From positions 62,001 through 108,851 of the forward strand of contig JABANN010000040.1 of the NCBI GenBank assembly GCA_013115125.1: DNA of 46,851 nt, read 5' to 3'. A model generated the notes under the pieces. The model was not told where the DNA came from. It did not search any database and saw only the letters and a list, made by a program, of their open reading frames with translations. Source of the stretch: Perkinsus olseni. Taxonomy: Eukaryota. The position numbers and the translations under genes are program-made. Positions 1-11,678 of the stretch are shown here, piece after piece (position 1 is the stretch's first letter; every line of letters starts with the position of its first letter).

Positions 1-939
1 GACTCTCACTATTGTGTTCCTCAGTGGACTCAGGGTTGCCTGAGCGTTACTGGATATGAGCGGCACTGAGTTGTGTCTTGGGGAAGTTGATACTCCCATG
101 CAACCTGCTTGAACATATCATCATTAATCTTCCACTGAACACAACAATAGAAGAATGTGGACATTAAGAAGGGACACATCAATCGAACATGTCGCATAGC
201 CACCTAGCGCGGCTCGTCGCAAAATCTTCCCCGCCGCCAAAGCCACCTAGGAGCGAAAGATGGACTCACGTCATCGGAAAGACTCGACGGCCTACGTGCG
301 GCTCTATCATTTATATAGTCGAGAGCAGGGCTCGGCAGAACTATCGCGGCGATCCGCGGTGCTGGGGGAAGGCTCGAGCTTCTACCATTTTGATAAAGGG
401 GAGGGTTGGGCACACTGGCCTGCCCCGACCGGGATCTGAGGGGGCGGCTTCTTCAACCCGAGCTCGCCCACGCCGGACCACCTACCGCTCCACGCCGGCG
501 CCCGTCTCTCTGTTGTACCCAAAGGCGTGGAAGTGGCAGCGGAAGGCGCCTGTGAGGGGCCGGTGTCGGCCACCTCCGCTGGTGAATTGGGCTGCCGGCA
601 TCAATGCAGTACAGAAAGCGTTTCTTGAGAAGGGCGATTCGATAACGCCAACTCAGGCACGATGAGCAATTGCGTCCGGACCTCTTAGAGGCAGCAGTCG
701 AATCGCTGCGGAGATTTTGTCATGAGCACGGGTCAACCCAAGATACCATTAACAACGGAATGACCGGCCATCTCGCAGTGAAATTGAAATGTTAACAGGG
801 AATAGGAGACGCTAACTTGGTGTTGTTGGTGTTATTGAGATAAATAGAACAGAGCACTGATAATGGTTCAGCAATTGTCGAGTCAACTATTGCTGCCTTC
901 GCCTGAGTAACCTCCTCCCATCGCTCAAGTCGCGGAACA

Positions 940-1952
940 CTAAATGGTAGCCCGACTCTGGTCATGTCCTTGCGAGACGTCACTTATCCAGGAACTTATG
1001 AAAAAGTTATTCTGCCAGCCCTGCTGGGAGGGGGCAAGTCTAAGGTACTGAGGATCTAGGTGCGACACGTCCACGTAGGCCTGTTCCCTCAAAGAGAAGT
1101 GGGAGGCCCCCTCCGACGTCGTCTCGCTCCACTGATGTTTTGATGACCGCTTCTTCTTTTTCGAGGACTTCTTCGGCGTGTTGATGTAACCGTTGGGCAT
1201 CACCCCGGCGCCGGCCGATGTGGCTGTAGGGCTGATCTGGTTCGGGCCACCCAGTCCGAGAGGGCCGACGAGCTCACCATCAGCGAACGCTACCTGAACG
1301 AATGACAAGACAATGACAGGCGGTTACGAGCTACGAATGCTGATTAGGTCTGTGAGTTCATTGCTTTTGAGCGTGAGTAGAAGTCTCTTAATATGAAGAG
1401 GTGCCTACGACCTACACAGGGCTCCTTCGCGGAGTAGTTGGCGAAGAGTTTAAGTTCGTATTTGTTCCGAATCCACCGCTCCAGATGCCGCGACGTGTCG
1501 GGGTCCAATCTATCACCGCCGCCTCCGCCGTTCGGGAACGAACTTCCGTCGGGTTTGTGAATGTGCGGCGGCACGTTGTACCTGAGGACGACTTCTCGAT
1601 GACGATGGATGGCCAGGCTGTAGCGGCCGGGGTTACTCATAATATTCATTGGCCACTTTGTTTCCCACAGCATCTGCTAGGGCCACCCATTCAGGCTTCC
1701 ACTGGTCTATTGTCGCTGACTGGACGAATGTTATATGGGTTCCAATGCCTCGGTGGATGCCGGCGCAATTGGTACCTGAGAAGGGCCATCACGGCAAGGG
1801 AGGTGAGATGAGGTAGGCCTACAGATGAAGACGCCTAGGTTGACTGATGCCCATCGAGGGTTGGGCGCGTTACAGTCGGCACAGACCGAGTTCTCGGGTC
1901 TTGATAAGATCGAATCTAGCTGAGGGTTCAACGGGGCCACAGGAGTCCCCAT
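940..1952 (-). CDS. ArfGAP zinc-finger protein (SMAP/AGD5-like), multi-exon
   Basis: Spliced translation gives CADCNAPNPRWASVNLGVFIC|TNCAGIHRGIGTHITFVQSATIDQW, the C-x2-C-x16-C-x2-C-x4-R ArfGAP signature, plus LERWIRNKYE. The 3' end is taken from ORF 940..1308 and is less certain. Confidence 0.88.
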
Positions 1953-2575
1953 GACTGGTAATGATATTAAGGCGCAACTGAGGGTCGGTAACGGGGAAAA
2001 GTCCACGACTGGCCCTGAACGAAACAGCGAGGAAAACGAAACTGGTTCATGAAGCTCAAGCTCTGTGGCCCTCCTCGAGAGGATGACACTGATGAACTCT
2101 GGAAACTAACAGGCGGCAATAGAGAGCCGCTAAGGCCCGACCCGCTGCCCGAAAAAGTTATGTATAAACGGGCTGCAGGCCGACGCCACAGCAGCCAGCC
2201 ATGAATCTGGTAGGATCGGAATGACCGGGTACGCCAGAGACAACATCGTGATCTAAACGGCAATGATGATATAGATAATTTGGGGCCCATGAAGGCTGCG
2301 GAAAAATAGTACTTGGACACACATCGAGTGTCCAGTCCCGATTGGGACGACGCCAAAGACCGACAAAGCGGCCCGAGGTACGTGGTAGCTTGGCACCCGT
2401 TAAAACTGGTGTCAAACGACCAGCACTGTCACCACTAGGAGTACAGAGTCTGACCGTACTTGAGTAATATATACGAGTGAAACAGTAATTGTAGGAAAGA
2501 GTAGACAGGGGCAGCGAGTCGTGGATACCAGAGGGAGGTTGACGATGGTCATACAGGCAGGTCGAAGATTCCCTC

Positions 2576-3472
2576 TCAGATCATGAAGAGCAGTTGAGCA
2601 ACAAACACAACGATAAGGGAGCCAACGATGTCCTGGAAGCAGGTCTCGCCCGGTCCGGCACAGGCGGCCGGGTCCAACTTCAATACGAACTGCAACAACA
2701 ACGGTGACAGCATACCGACCAGGCCACCAATGTTGGCGGTCAGGAAGAGAACCAAGGAGATGACGAATCCGAACCACATGTTTTCGCCGGAAATATGGTC
2801 GTGGAGCTTCCAGGGGCAGAGGCCGAGGCCAGTGGTCAGCATCATGACGAGCGACAGGATGAGGGAGGTCAACAGGTTGGCCTTGATCTCGCCCCAGATC
2901 TCGCGACGCCAGGTTCCTCTGGTAACGATACCCATGGCCAGCCAGCGGCTCATATTGCTGCTGTTTTGCAGGGAAAAATTACCGGCTACGGCAGTGACTA
3001 CTGCACGCAGGCCCATGAAGAGGTCAGCGCGGTCCTCACCTATAAGATTAGTCAGCGCCCCAGAGCCTTCGGTGTAGAGCAGGGAAGGGATGAGCTCGAG
3101 TAATAGGGTTATGAGTAGTGGAGGGAACCTCATCCAGTTCTTGCGCAGGAAAGAAGCCTTCTGGTAGGGCAGGACAGGGAACGCCTCCTCGTCCGGGGGC
3201 ACCTCGGGGTCGTCATCATCAACAGTAACGGCGACACCGCCATCAGCGTTGGACGGAATCTCCTGGACAGAAGCAGCTCCCGGGAGCTCAGCAACAGCAG
3301 CGGGAGGAGTGTGGTCACTGATGCTACGACCAACACCACAAGCCGGGGAGAACGCCGCCCTAGAAGCAGCGGCGGCGGTTGGGCCTTGGGTGATATCAGT
3401 AATGGGACGGACCACGATGGGGCCAGACGAGGAGGAAGTGATGGAGGAGGGACTCGCGTAGACGGCACACAT
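2576..3472 (-). CDS. MgtE-family divalent cation (Mg2+) transporter, transmembrane domain only, apparently intronless
   Basis: About five hydrophobic segments with MgtE-like motifs AVAGNFSLQNSSNMSRWLAMG and KLDPAACAGPGETCFQDIVG. Start codon uncertain (ORF is open to 3592). Confidence 0.8.
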   Translation of the reverse strand: MCAVYASPSSITSSSSGPIVVRPITDITQGPTAAAASRAAFSPACGVGRSISDHTPPAAVAELPGAASVQEIPSNADGGVAVTVDDDDPEVPPDEEAFPVLPYQKASFLRKNWMRFPPLLITLLLELIPSLLYTEGSGALTNLIGEDRADLFMGLRAVVTAVAGNFSLQNSSNMSRWLAMGIVTRGTWRREIWGEIKANLLTSLILSLVMMLTTGLGLCPWKLHDHISGENMWFGFVISLVLFLTANIGGLVGMLSPLLLQFVLKLDPAACAGPGETCFQDIVGSLIVVFVAQLLFMI

Positions 3473-3646
3473 GATTATGGCATTACCGTAGGGGAGGGAG
3501 TATCCAGACTTATCGAAACCAGCTGAGCTGCGACAGAGAGTACGATGGAGGGACCCACTGTACCCGGAACACAACACTAGGAAAGGGGTCATGTGAACTT
3601 GGTGGTCATAGCATGTAGCATGCCTCCATCATCCACAACATCAGAG

Positions 3647-5683
3647 CTAATTTAAGTGCAACGAGGGCGAAGCGTAGTAGTAGCTCCGGAGTCTGGCGTA
3701 GGAGCGCATAGCTGACGAGAACAGCTCTGAGCCTTCCTTATTCTCATCGAACATCTCAGTAGGCATCAGTGGCTCCAAGGGCGCGATGAGGGCCTCGTCG
3801 AGGGGTGTGTTAGATGTCCTCACACCGAGCAACTTCACCGACTGCCAGAGAGGGGAAGCCGTCTTCGGCAGCCGCCCCATGGACTCCACCCCGTCCCTCG
3901 TCGAAGGCCGAGGTCCAGCAAGACTCGGCAGCCGTCGTGCCGCCAGGTGCTCTCTTAGCGGGCAGAAGAAGCCTCTCCGGTCAGGGGTGTGGGACTCCTC
4001 CGTCGCCTTATCCCCATTGTCTTTCTTCTTTTCTTCGTCTATCCTCTCTCGACCAGTGATATCCAGGTAGATGAGGCGACCTGGGGGTGATGGCGGGGTC
4101 CGTTGACGGTCCTCCCACAGGATCCCTATCCCCCCGTCAGGCTCTGCCTCCTGCCGCTTCACTGGACCAGGGTTCGGCAGTGGCGGGGCCGGCTGGGGCT
4201 GGGCAGCCACGTGGGGTATCGGCGGTGGCGGCAGAGGGCCCCCTGGCGGCAGCGGTGGGTCACCATGGTAACCATTCTGAGGTGGAAAGGGATGGAATCG
4301 TGATGTCTGCACGAAGGGCGGAGCGTTGGAGTTCAAGGGCCGACTGTGAGGGACGGCGGCCCAGTTGGTAGGCATCGGCGGCAGCGGCCCTCGTTGGGGG
4401 TACCCAAGCGGACCCATCGGCATCCCCCCCTGAGGGACATGTTGTGGGTAGGGGGGCCTCATGTGAGGATAGTGATGATGATGGCCAAGGTGGGGGTCCA
4501 TCGGCGGCGGGGCCATCGGATGGTGGTGGTGCTGGTACTGGGTCATAGCCCGCCTTGCCGAAGCCGCAGCCACCTGGTCGGGCGTCATCCCCGTCATGTC
4601 CCACTGAGGTCGGAAGTCCTCCGCCACAGGTGGGAGCCTCGGGCCTTGACTGAAGTGTGGCAGCGGTGCGTGGCGAGCATGCCTCAGAGGGTTGATGCCA
4701 GGAGGCATGGAGAAGCCGCTGCCCCCAGGTGGGGGATGTCCACCCGAGGGCAGGAAAGGCGACGACAGGAGCATCGCCGGAGGGGTCTCCATCCGATAGG
4801 TATTGAAGCATGACGGAGGCGAGGGCGGGGCCGGCGGAGGCTGTAGTTGGTAGTAGCTAGGTTTAATGGTCATGACCTCCGGCAAGGCGAAGGGCTGCGG
4901 CAAGGGCGACAGACCGTAGAGCTCATTGCCATTCTTATCGGGAAAGGCTTTCAACGGGTCCCTCGCTAGTCGCTTCAGTGCCTTCTCCTGTTCGTACTCC
5001 TGCTTCAGCTCCTTGTGATCCTTACCCTTCTCCTCATCCCCCACCGGCCTTTCCCGTACTATCGGTGTCCCTATGATGTTGTACCTCTGCTGTGCATCCC
5101 AGAACCGTTGAGTGCTCGGCACTTGTGACGGTACGAACTCCTCGGCCACCTGTCGGAGGGCTGACTTCCTCACTATCTCCGAGGGCGTCGGTGAGGTCGG
5201 GGGAGAGGCCCGCGTGGGCGGCGGCAACTGTAGAAAAACACGAGCCCATCAAACTCAACGCCACCACCCTGCAGACCTACCCCAGTGGTGGCCTGCGGGG
5301 CTGGGTCGTCCTCCTGTTCCTCCTTTTCACTGCTTGCAGTGGGCGTCTGACGGACGGTGGGACCCCCATCGGCCATCCCTCTGCTACTACCTCTACGAAA
5401 GTGAGGCCCTTGCAGATGGACAGGGGTATCCGATTCACCGGTGGCCTGGTGGGGTCGAAAACCGGCGAATCCTCCGACAGCAGTTTCGGTAGCCTCTCCT
5501 CGTTGGCCTCTCGGAGCATGACGTCGTGTGGTAAGCACGCTACGGACACCTCATCTGAATGAAGTCCCCCATCCTCGACCCTGGGCCATGCCTAGTACTA
5601 CTACCTTCTATTATAGACCCATCACTTGCATCCTCTGGAGTATGAGCGGTGCGCTGATCAGCCGCCTCGTCGGAATTCTGCAT
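3647..5683 (-). CDS. Proline-rich low-complexity protein with two PAM2-like motifs
   Basis: A 526-codon terminal exon (3647-5227) joins in frame to three short upstream exons via canonical GTAG..AG introns. Motifs LRQVAEEFVP and PLNSNAPPFV. Confidence 0.65.
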
Positions 5684-6160
5684 TCATAAACTCAACTGAA
5701 AAGCGACAACCACGACACGGCGTCCCAGACTTCCCCTGGCTCCAGGGAAGTCTTTCCCCCTGAGAAATGAATGACGGGACTGAGGACCGTTCCATCTCCG
5801 TCGCCTCAGGCCATTGAACGCTACAGACAGGGGGACGCGGGTGAACGGGTGAAAAGCTTCTCATAGTACACAAGTGTCATACGGGTAGTGGTACTGATGC
5901 ATTGACGGCCACCGAGTGGTGACGAAAGATGAGCTTGGGCTCGCATAGCGACCCTCCATAGAAGGACATGATGCTCCAGCGTGGGTGATGATGGCGATAA
6001 TCAAGAACAGACAAGATCAGTTGGAGGGGCGGCCGGAGGAGAGCTACTGGGTGGAGGTGGCGGCCCCTCTGAGGAGTCGGACGAAGAACTGGCGTCCCTT
6101 GGCACCGCCAATCTGAAAGATACCAGAAGCCGCTACGAGAAGTAGCCTGTGCTGCTGGGG

Positions 6161-7816
6161 TTACTGTGGTGAGGACAGGCTGCTGGGCTCTGGCCGAGGA
6201 TCCGTCTTCAGGTATCGGACGAAGGCCTTCAGGTGCTTGAAATATTGCTCTCGGTACCTGGATGCAATATGACCGATGGTGGGATTGAACCCAGGACCTT
6301 CCTGTGCCTCTCAAGGACAGGTATAGCCTATCATTGTGAACGGAAGGGAGGAAAGAGTGACGATTTCAATCGTACGGTTTAGGTGGGTGAGCGGAGGGAA
6401 AAATGATACCGGATGCGACAGCGTGTAACCGGAGGCGTCCTAGCCGATAACCTACCGTGTCTCGATATCATTGTGCGTGCCGCCTTTGACCCACCAGGGA
6501 GGGTACAACGCCCCGGGCCGGCCACTATTACGATCACCAGCAACAGCCTCAGCCAGGAGCAAGCCATGGTCGAATGGTACCTGCTGGACCCCTAATCCAA
6601 CCCAGTAGGGGACCCGACTACTACTACCTCCTCATCATCACTGCCATGGATTATAAAAATAGGTGGGGGAGACGCAGTTCTACCGGGTGTGGCTTCAGTA
6701 AAATAATCAGACAACTTTTCGACGTTACGGTAGAGGTCAAACCTACGATACGCAGTCCAGGCGACCAAATCCCCGCTTTCTATCACCATGGCGTCCGTCG
6801 TGGCCTCTCATAGGACTTATATACTCGGAGACCGCTGGCTATGGCACTGTGCATAATAAGGCCACCAACGGGGACCTGCGATAACAATGGTGCTGTGGAT
6901 AGTGGTGGGGTCATCACCTTGGTGTAAAGATCAACAGCGGGGCCTGACCCGATAGACTGGCCGTAGAGAATAATGTTACTGGGCGAGATGCCCATTGACG
7001 ATACTGCAAAATCATACCTGAGATGGGTCGTGAGTTGCGGAAAAGTTGGTATGGTGTTTTACACGGCTCTGATTGTATTGTACGTATTAGATTCACTAGG
7101 CTTACCGCCGTTCAAGCCATATCTAAAATAGGAAAATTCTTCGCTGTGCGTAGAGGGGTATCTTACCCGGGGTAGTCGTATGCAATTAGGTCAACTTTTA
7201 GACGACGAGCAAGATAACAATACGAAATCCAGCTGTATCCAATATCTGCGATTTGCGTAAGGTGCGGTATGAAAATAGAAATCCGACGTTACCTGTTGAG
7301 TTCCCGTGGGAAAATATAATCGTCCACCCGTCCGGGTTATCTTCAAGTGAATGCTTGAAATGAAACCCGTTAATATCCCCCGGAAACAGTACATGTTCAC
7401 ACGACAGCTTGCCGTCACAGTAGAGGGACAGGACGTCCGGTACCTGGGTATCCGAGGTTGAAGCTGGCAAGATACACACAAGCCCCTATTACCCGTATCG
7501 TCAGCTTACGTCGTTCGTCTCGAAGCATTATAATAAGTCTTGTGGGCCCGTACGGATTGTTGCTTTTCCGCCAGCGTTTTCTTTTGCATTTTAACGGTGC
7601 GCCTGATGAAATTCATCCTAAGGCCCCTCCCTAGTGGTGGCTGACTACCTTCATTAGGTGCTATAACGCCATAGCCGCACGGACGAGGCGGGTAGAAGGT
7701 CAAGGGCCGTACCTGAAGGACAGTGATTAGCATAGGGAAGGGGGGGGGCGATGGCCTACCACACAATTCCGGCATCCACAGAGGGATATGCAGCCGAAGC
7801 AGCATATAAGCGACAT
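6161..7816 (-). CDS. ABHD17: ABHD17-like alpha/beta hydrolase (depalmitoylase family), multi-exon
   Basis: Cys-rich N-terminus MSLICCFGCISLCGC; motifs LTFYPP, IIFSHGN, LYGQSIGSGP (nucleophile), FIIHGSDDEEV (Asp), WVKGGTHNDIE (His); last exon YREQYFKHLKAFVRYL. Confidence 0.88.
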
Positions 7817-8026
7817 GCGCGCTGCTGCCTTACAAAAAGTACGGTAGCGAGACACGGGATAAATTACTCACTTTCGCACCAACGATTATGCGTCAATAAT
7901 CGTTCGTGCAGTTTTGGCTCGCATATAATCGTTTTCACGAGACCTGCACCATTCCGTGGAAAATGTTGCCCGCCTTTACTATATTTCACTTTGCCCAGTT
8001 TTGCAGCGTCTCCCGTTATTTTAAGC
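7817..8026. promoter_or_regulatory. Short divergent intergenic region, putative bidirectional promoter
   Basis: 210 nt, more AT-rich than the flanking exons, between head-to-head start codons at 7816 (-) and 8027 (+). Confidence 0.45.
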
Positions 8027-11000
8027 ATGTTTTCTCCAGAGATGATGCAGGCCGCTCAGAACATGATGGCCAACATGTCTCCTGAGCAGATGGCCCAGAT
8101 GACCGAGATGGCCAAGAACATGGATCCCAACGTAGTGGCGGGGAAGGTGTGGTACTGTGATGATGATGTGGCGCTACGTAGATGATGCGTAACATGATGG
8201 GCGGCCAGGGCATGCCGGCAGGAGGGATATCGAGGGAGCAGATGGACCAGGTAGGAGGGTTTGAGTTGAGAGATGGTGATGGTGTGTTATTGGTGGTTAG
8301 GCGGCGGAACAGATGCGGAACATGTCTCCCGAGGAGATGAGGAATGCCATGGGCCAGGCACAGGCTCAGCAGTCGAATGCTATGCAGTAATAGTAGTAGG
8401 GTTGGAGGCGGTAGTAGCGGCACTGGCGTTGTGGAAGATACTACCTTAATGCCACTAACTCTTTGAAGGCTGAGGGTAATGCTCTCGTCAAGGAACAGAA
8501 GTACGATGAGGCGCTTGAGAAGTAAGTCTCGTTAGTGCGATGGGTAGAGCCGTCGGCTATCAATGGCTCGGACCTGAGAACGATTCTTGGTACCTCCCAT
8601 TTCTCTTACCTTGCTACTTCTCGGTGGTCTCAGATATACCCGCGGCTTGGATAACGTAAAATCATATAACACTCCGGCCGTGCTAACCCTCCAGATGGCC
8701 CTTTGCTCCAACGCCGCCCTTTGCTGCCTTAAACTCGAAAAGTAGCCATTCAGCGACCTGGCCGCTCCCAAGTGACAGCTCAGGTATGACGAGTGTCGGG
8801 ACTACTGTGACCGGGTATTACAGCAGGACCCCAAGGCTGTTAAGGCCCTGTACAGACGAGGTAGTAGGGCCGCCTCCTCCGTCACTGCGCCACGAAATTA
8901 CCGCTATGCTACAGGAGTGGCCTACCGGGAGTTGAAGGAGACTGACAAGGCGTACCTGGATCTTTCAATAGCGGCCAGGCTGTCGCCCAATGATGAGGTC
9001 CTGGTCGCCGATTTTATGGAGTTCAAGAAGACTCTCCCGGCCGACTACATTGTACCAACTGAGGAGAGCATATCCGATGGCGAGGTAAGGTCGTCGGCAG
9101 AGCGATGGGAGCCATGTACGGTCTATCGGATTTGCTGCTGCCTTCAGGATGCTGTTGCTGAGAAGTCGTCCTCTTCGGCGTCAACAACTAACGGGTCTGC
9201 CTCTACTACCCCAGCTTCGTCATCAAACTCTGCTGCTGATCTCCAGCGAGAGGTGTCAGCTAAGCTTGCCTCGGATCCTGAGATGGTGAAGAAGATGCAG
9301 GATATGATGAAGGACATGACTCCTGAGGAGGTAGTACTGCTGTAACGTGATGACTGGACGGGAAGGGGCGGTCACTGCTCACCCACTAGCGGGTTGATTC
9401 TACCGGTGCCATTTTAGATGGAGGAGCTTCGAAGAGTTCAAATGACTGGTGGAGCCCCGGCCGACTCCGCAGCCGCCCGTAAATTCGCGGAGAAGCTTCG
9501 GAATCAGGACCCGAATTTGGTGCAGAAGATGAAGGACATGGTGGACTCGCTGCCGAAAGATCAGGTAGGGGGGGTTCATCTGACGTACCTACGATCCGTT
9601 AATAGCAGTATGGTAACTGCGGCTGCTAATTGTGATGAGACATCGGGAGATGTGGGGACTTCGGTTTGGGACTTTACTCTGAGATGAGGGGTTGAGTGCG
9701 CTGGCCTTGTTTCGGACGCTATATCGAAAGGAAGGGTGGGTTGGTGATCGGGAAGGCTGCCCAATTCAGGTCGATGAGCTTAGAAAGGCAGCAGCCTCTG
9801 GCACTGCCGTAGCATCGTCTACCGGTTCTGGTGCGGCTCCCCAAGTCCCCTCTGCTGCTGGGTCGGCGGGCTTGGCGGAGGCATCACGAATGATGCAGGA
9901 GAACCCTGACGTGATGAACCAAGTAGGGGCAAGGTCGGATGGACCTCCTCTTCCGTGTACTGCTGTGTTCTGCCAGATGAGTGATATGATGGCTGGCATG
10001 TCCGACGAGCAGTTCGAGAGTATGCTAAAAATGTCCGGCATGGGGGCGAGCTCGCAGGTGTGATTTGGGGATGGTGTGGTAGGGGTAGCTCAGCTGTGTT
10101 TGATAGGACGCTGCAGCGATGCGGGAGATGATGCGTAATAAGGACATGATGAAGGCCATGGGGGACATGGTGAAGAACATGTCGCCGGAGCAAATGGACG
10201 CCATGTCCCAGGCTGCGGTAGTAACAGTGGTCAGCGGAGTTTAGGGAGAACTCTACATGGCTGTAGTTGGCTAAGGGAAATTTTGAGGATCATGGTGGTG
10301 GTGGTATATGGAAGCGCCTTCGGAGGGATGCTGTGAATAGAACATTGGCATGAATTTACCGCTACTCGAGGCCCTCACGTCCCCTAGATGGGTAGGAGCG
10401 CTGACTGAGTATGTAGTAGTGGTGGTTCGAGTTGCGTGAGGAAATGCTTAGGTCATAAGTGAGGGCAATATTGATCAATGAGAGTACTGCTATCAGGGGA
10501 TGAACTCGCTGTTGTCCAGCCGTTACACGCCTCCTCGCCGGGAAGGCCCGGTGCCATTTGAATTCGCCTCTACCGGTTATTAGTCATTTCCATGGTTGTT
10601 GAATTGCATGCGTGTACAAGGGAAGAGTTGAGCTTCAGGCCTCCTCCTCCTCCGCCAAGCCCTCCTCCAGTGCAGCGAGTAGCGGCTCTTCAGCGGCCGA
10701 CGGGGTCCCTCCTACGGACGCCCCGAAAATGCCAGCGCATCCTGGGGACATATTTAAGGACCCTCAAATGTTGAAGTCGATGGAGGCTATGATAAACTCG
10801 ATGCCTGATGATGTTCTGGAGAATCTTATAGCACAGCAGGCTGGTAATAATACACTGGGGGGGGGCTTCCTGCTCATACACACAGGGCTAGTAGATGGGA
10901 TTAGATAGTGAGCAGAGGGGTTGATCAACGATTGAAATGGTGGATGGGTGGTACTCCCGAGTGCAGAGAGTTCAATAGGCATTCGCACGTATACGGAAGG

Positions 11001-11461
11001 CTTCACCATGTATACATGACGATACACAGGGCGATACGTTTTGGTGTCGTCCTTCGGAGGCCTTCTGGGAGCTCGAATCTCCCGCGTTCGTGTCCAGTCT
11101 GTGGTATCTTTGGTGCACGCTTACAGCGGGTCGAGAAGTCGAATCTGGATGGGGTTGGTATCAGGTGCCCAAGCTGGTGACGGTACTGCTCCTCCGGCTG
11201 CCCTACCTAAGTGGCTTAGTGGCCGGGTCATGAAGTTCTTCCTCAAGATCATCATGAAGCTAGCGCGGTTGGTCATATTCATTCGAGTAAGCCCCTCGGG
11301 GATGCTTCCACTGGACGCCTTAACATTCTTGTTTTCAGAATCTTTTTGCTGCGATGTTCTCGAGAAGGGGCAAGTACATCATCGCCCTACTCGTGCTGCT
11401 ATTTGCGGTTTACCAGCAGTACATCAGCGGCGGCGGCCAAGTCGAGGATGCCTCTGCCTAA
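8027..11461 (+). CDS. OEP61/TPR7-like protein: Met-rich STI1-like repeats, TPR domain, C-terminal membrane anchor; multi-exon
   Basis: MFSPEMMQAAQNMMANMSPEQM repeats; TPR motifs LKAEGNALVKEQKYDEALEKY, CSNAALCCLKL, DPKAVKALYRRGVAY; tail YIIALLVLLFAVY near the stop. Confidence 0.8.
10275..10420 (+). repeat. Intronic dispersed repeat, copy A
   Basis: Roughly 90% identical by eye to 45260-45425; lies inside an enlarged intron (10218-10638). Confidence 0.9.
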
Positions 11462-11678
11462 CTTCCTGCACATTTGCGTGTCCCTTTCACCCTGGAATGC
11501 CCATCTGCCACTGTCTTGTAATCATACTACCACTGCTTAGTCGTTTGAAAATACAATACCAATTTGTACACCCTCTGTGGCCTGTTGTTGTTGTTGGGGT
11601 AGCTGGGGTGACACCTTTGGGCCTCAGGGATTCCCTTTCTCGTGATGCCCCTTATCATCGGTCATCTCCCGCTGTAGC

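Noticed and set aside
9..150. Imperfect inverted repeat CTATTGTGTTCCTCAGTGGA / TCCACTGAACACAACAATAG
   Set aside because: Gapped, at the window edge, no target duplication; may belong to a truncated minus-strand gene that I cannot define.
189..665. 158-aa plus-strand ORF
   Set aside because: No motif; composition typical of a spurious GC-rich frame; splice signals point to the minus strand.
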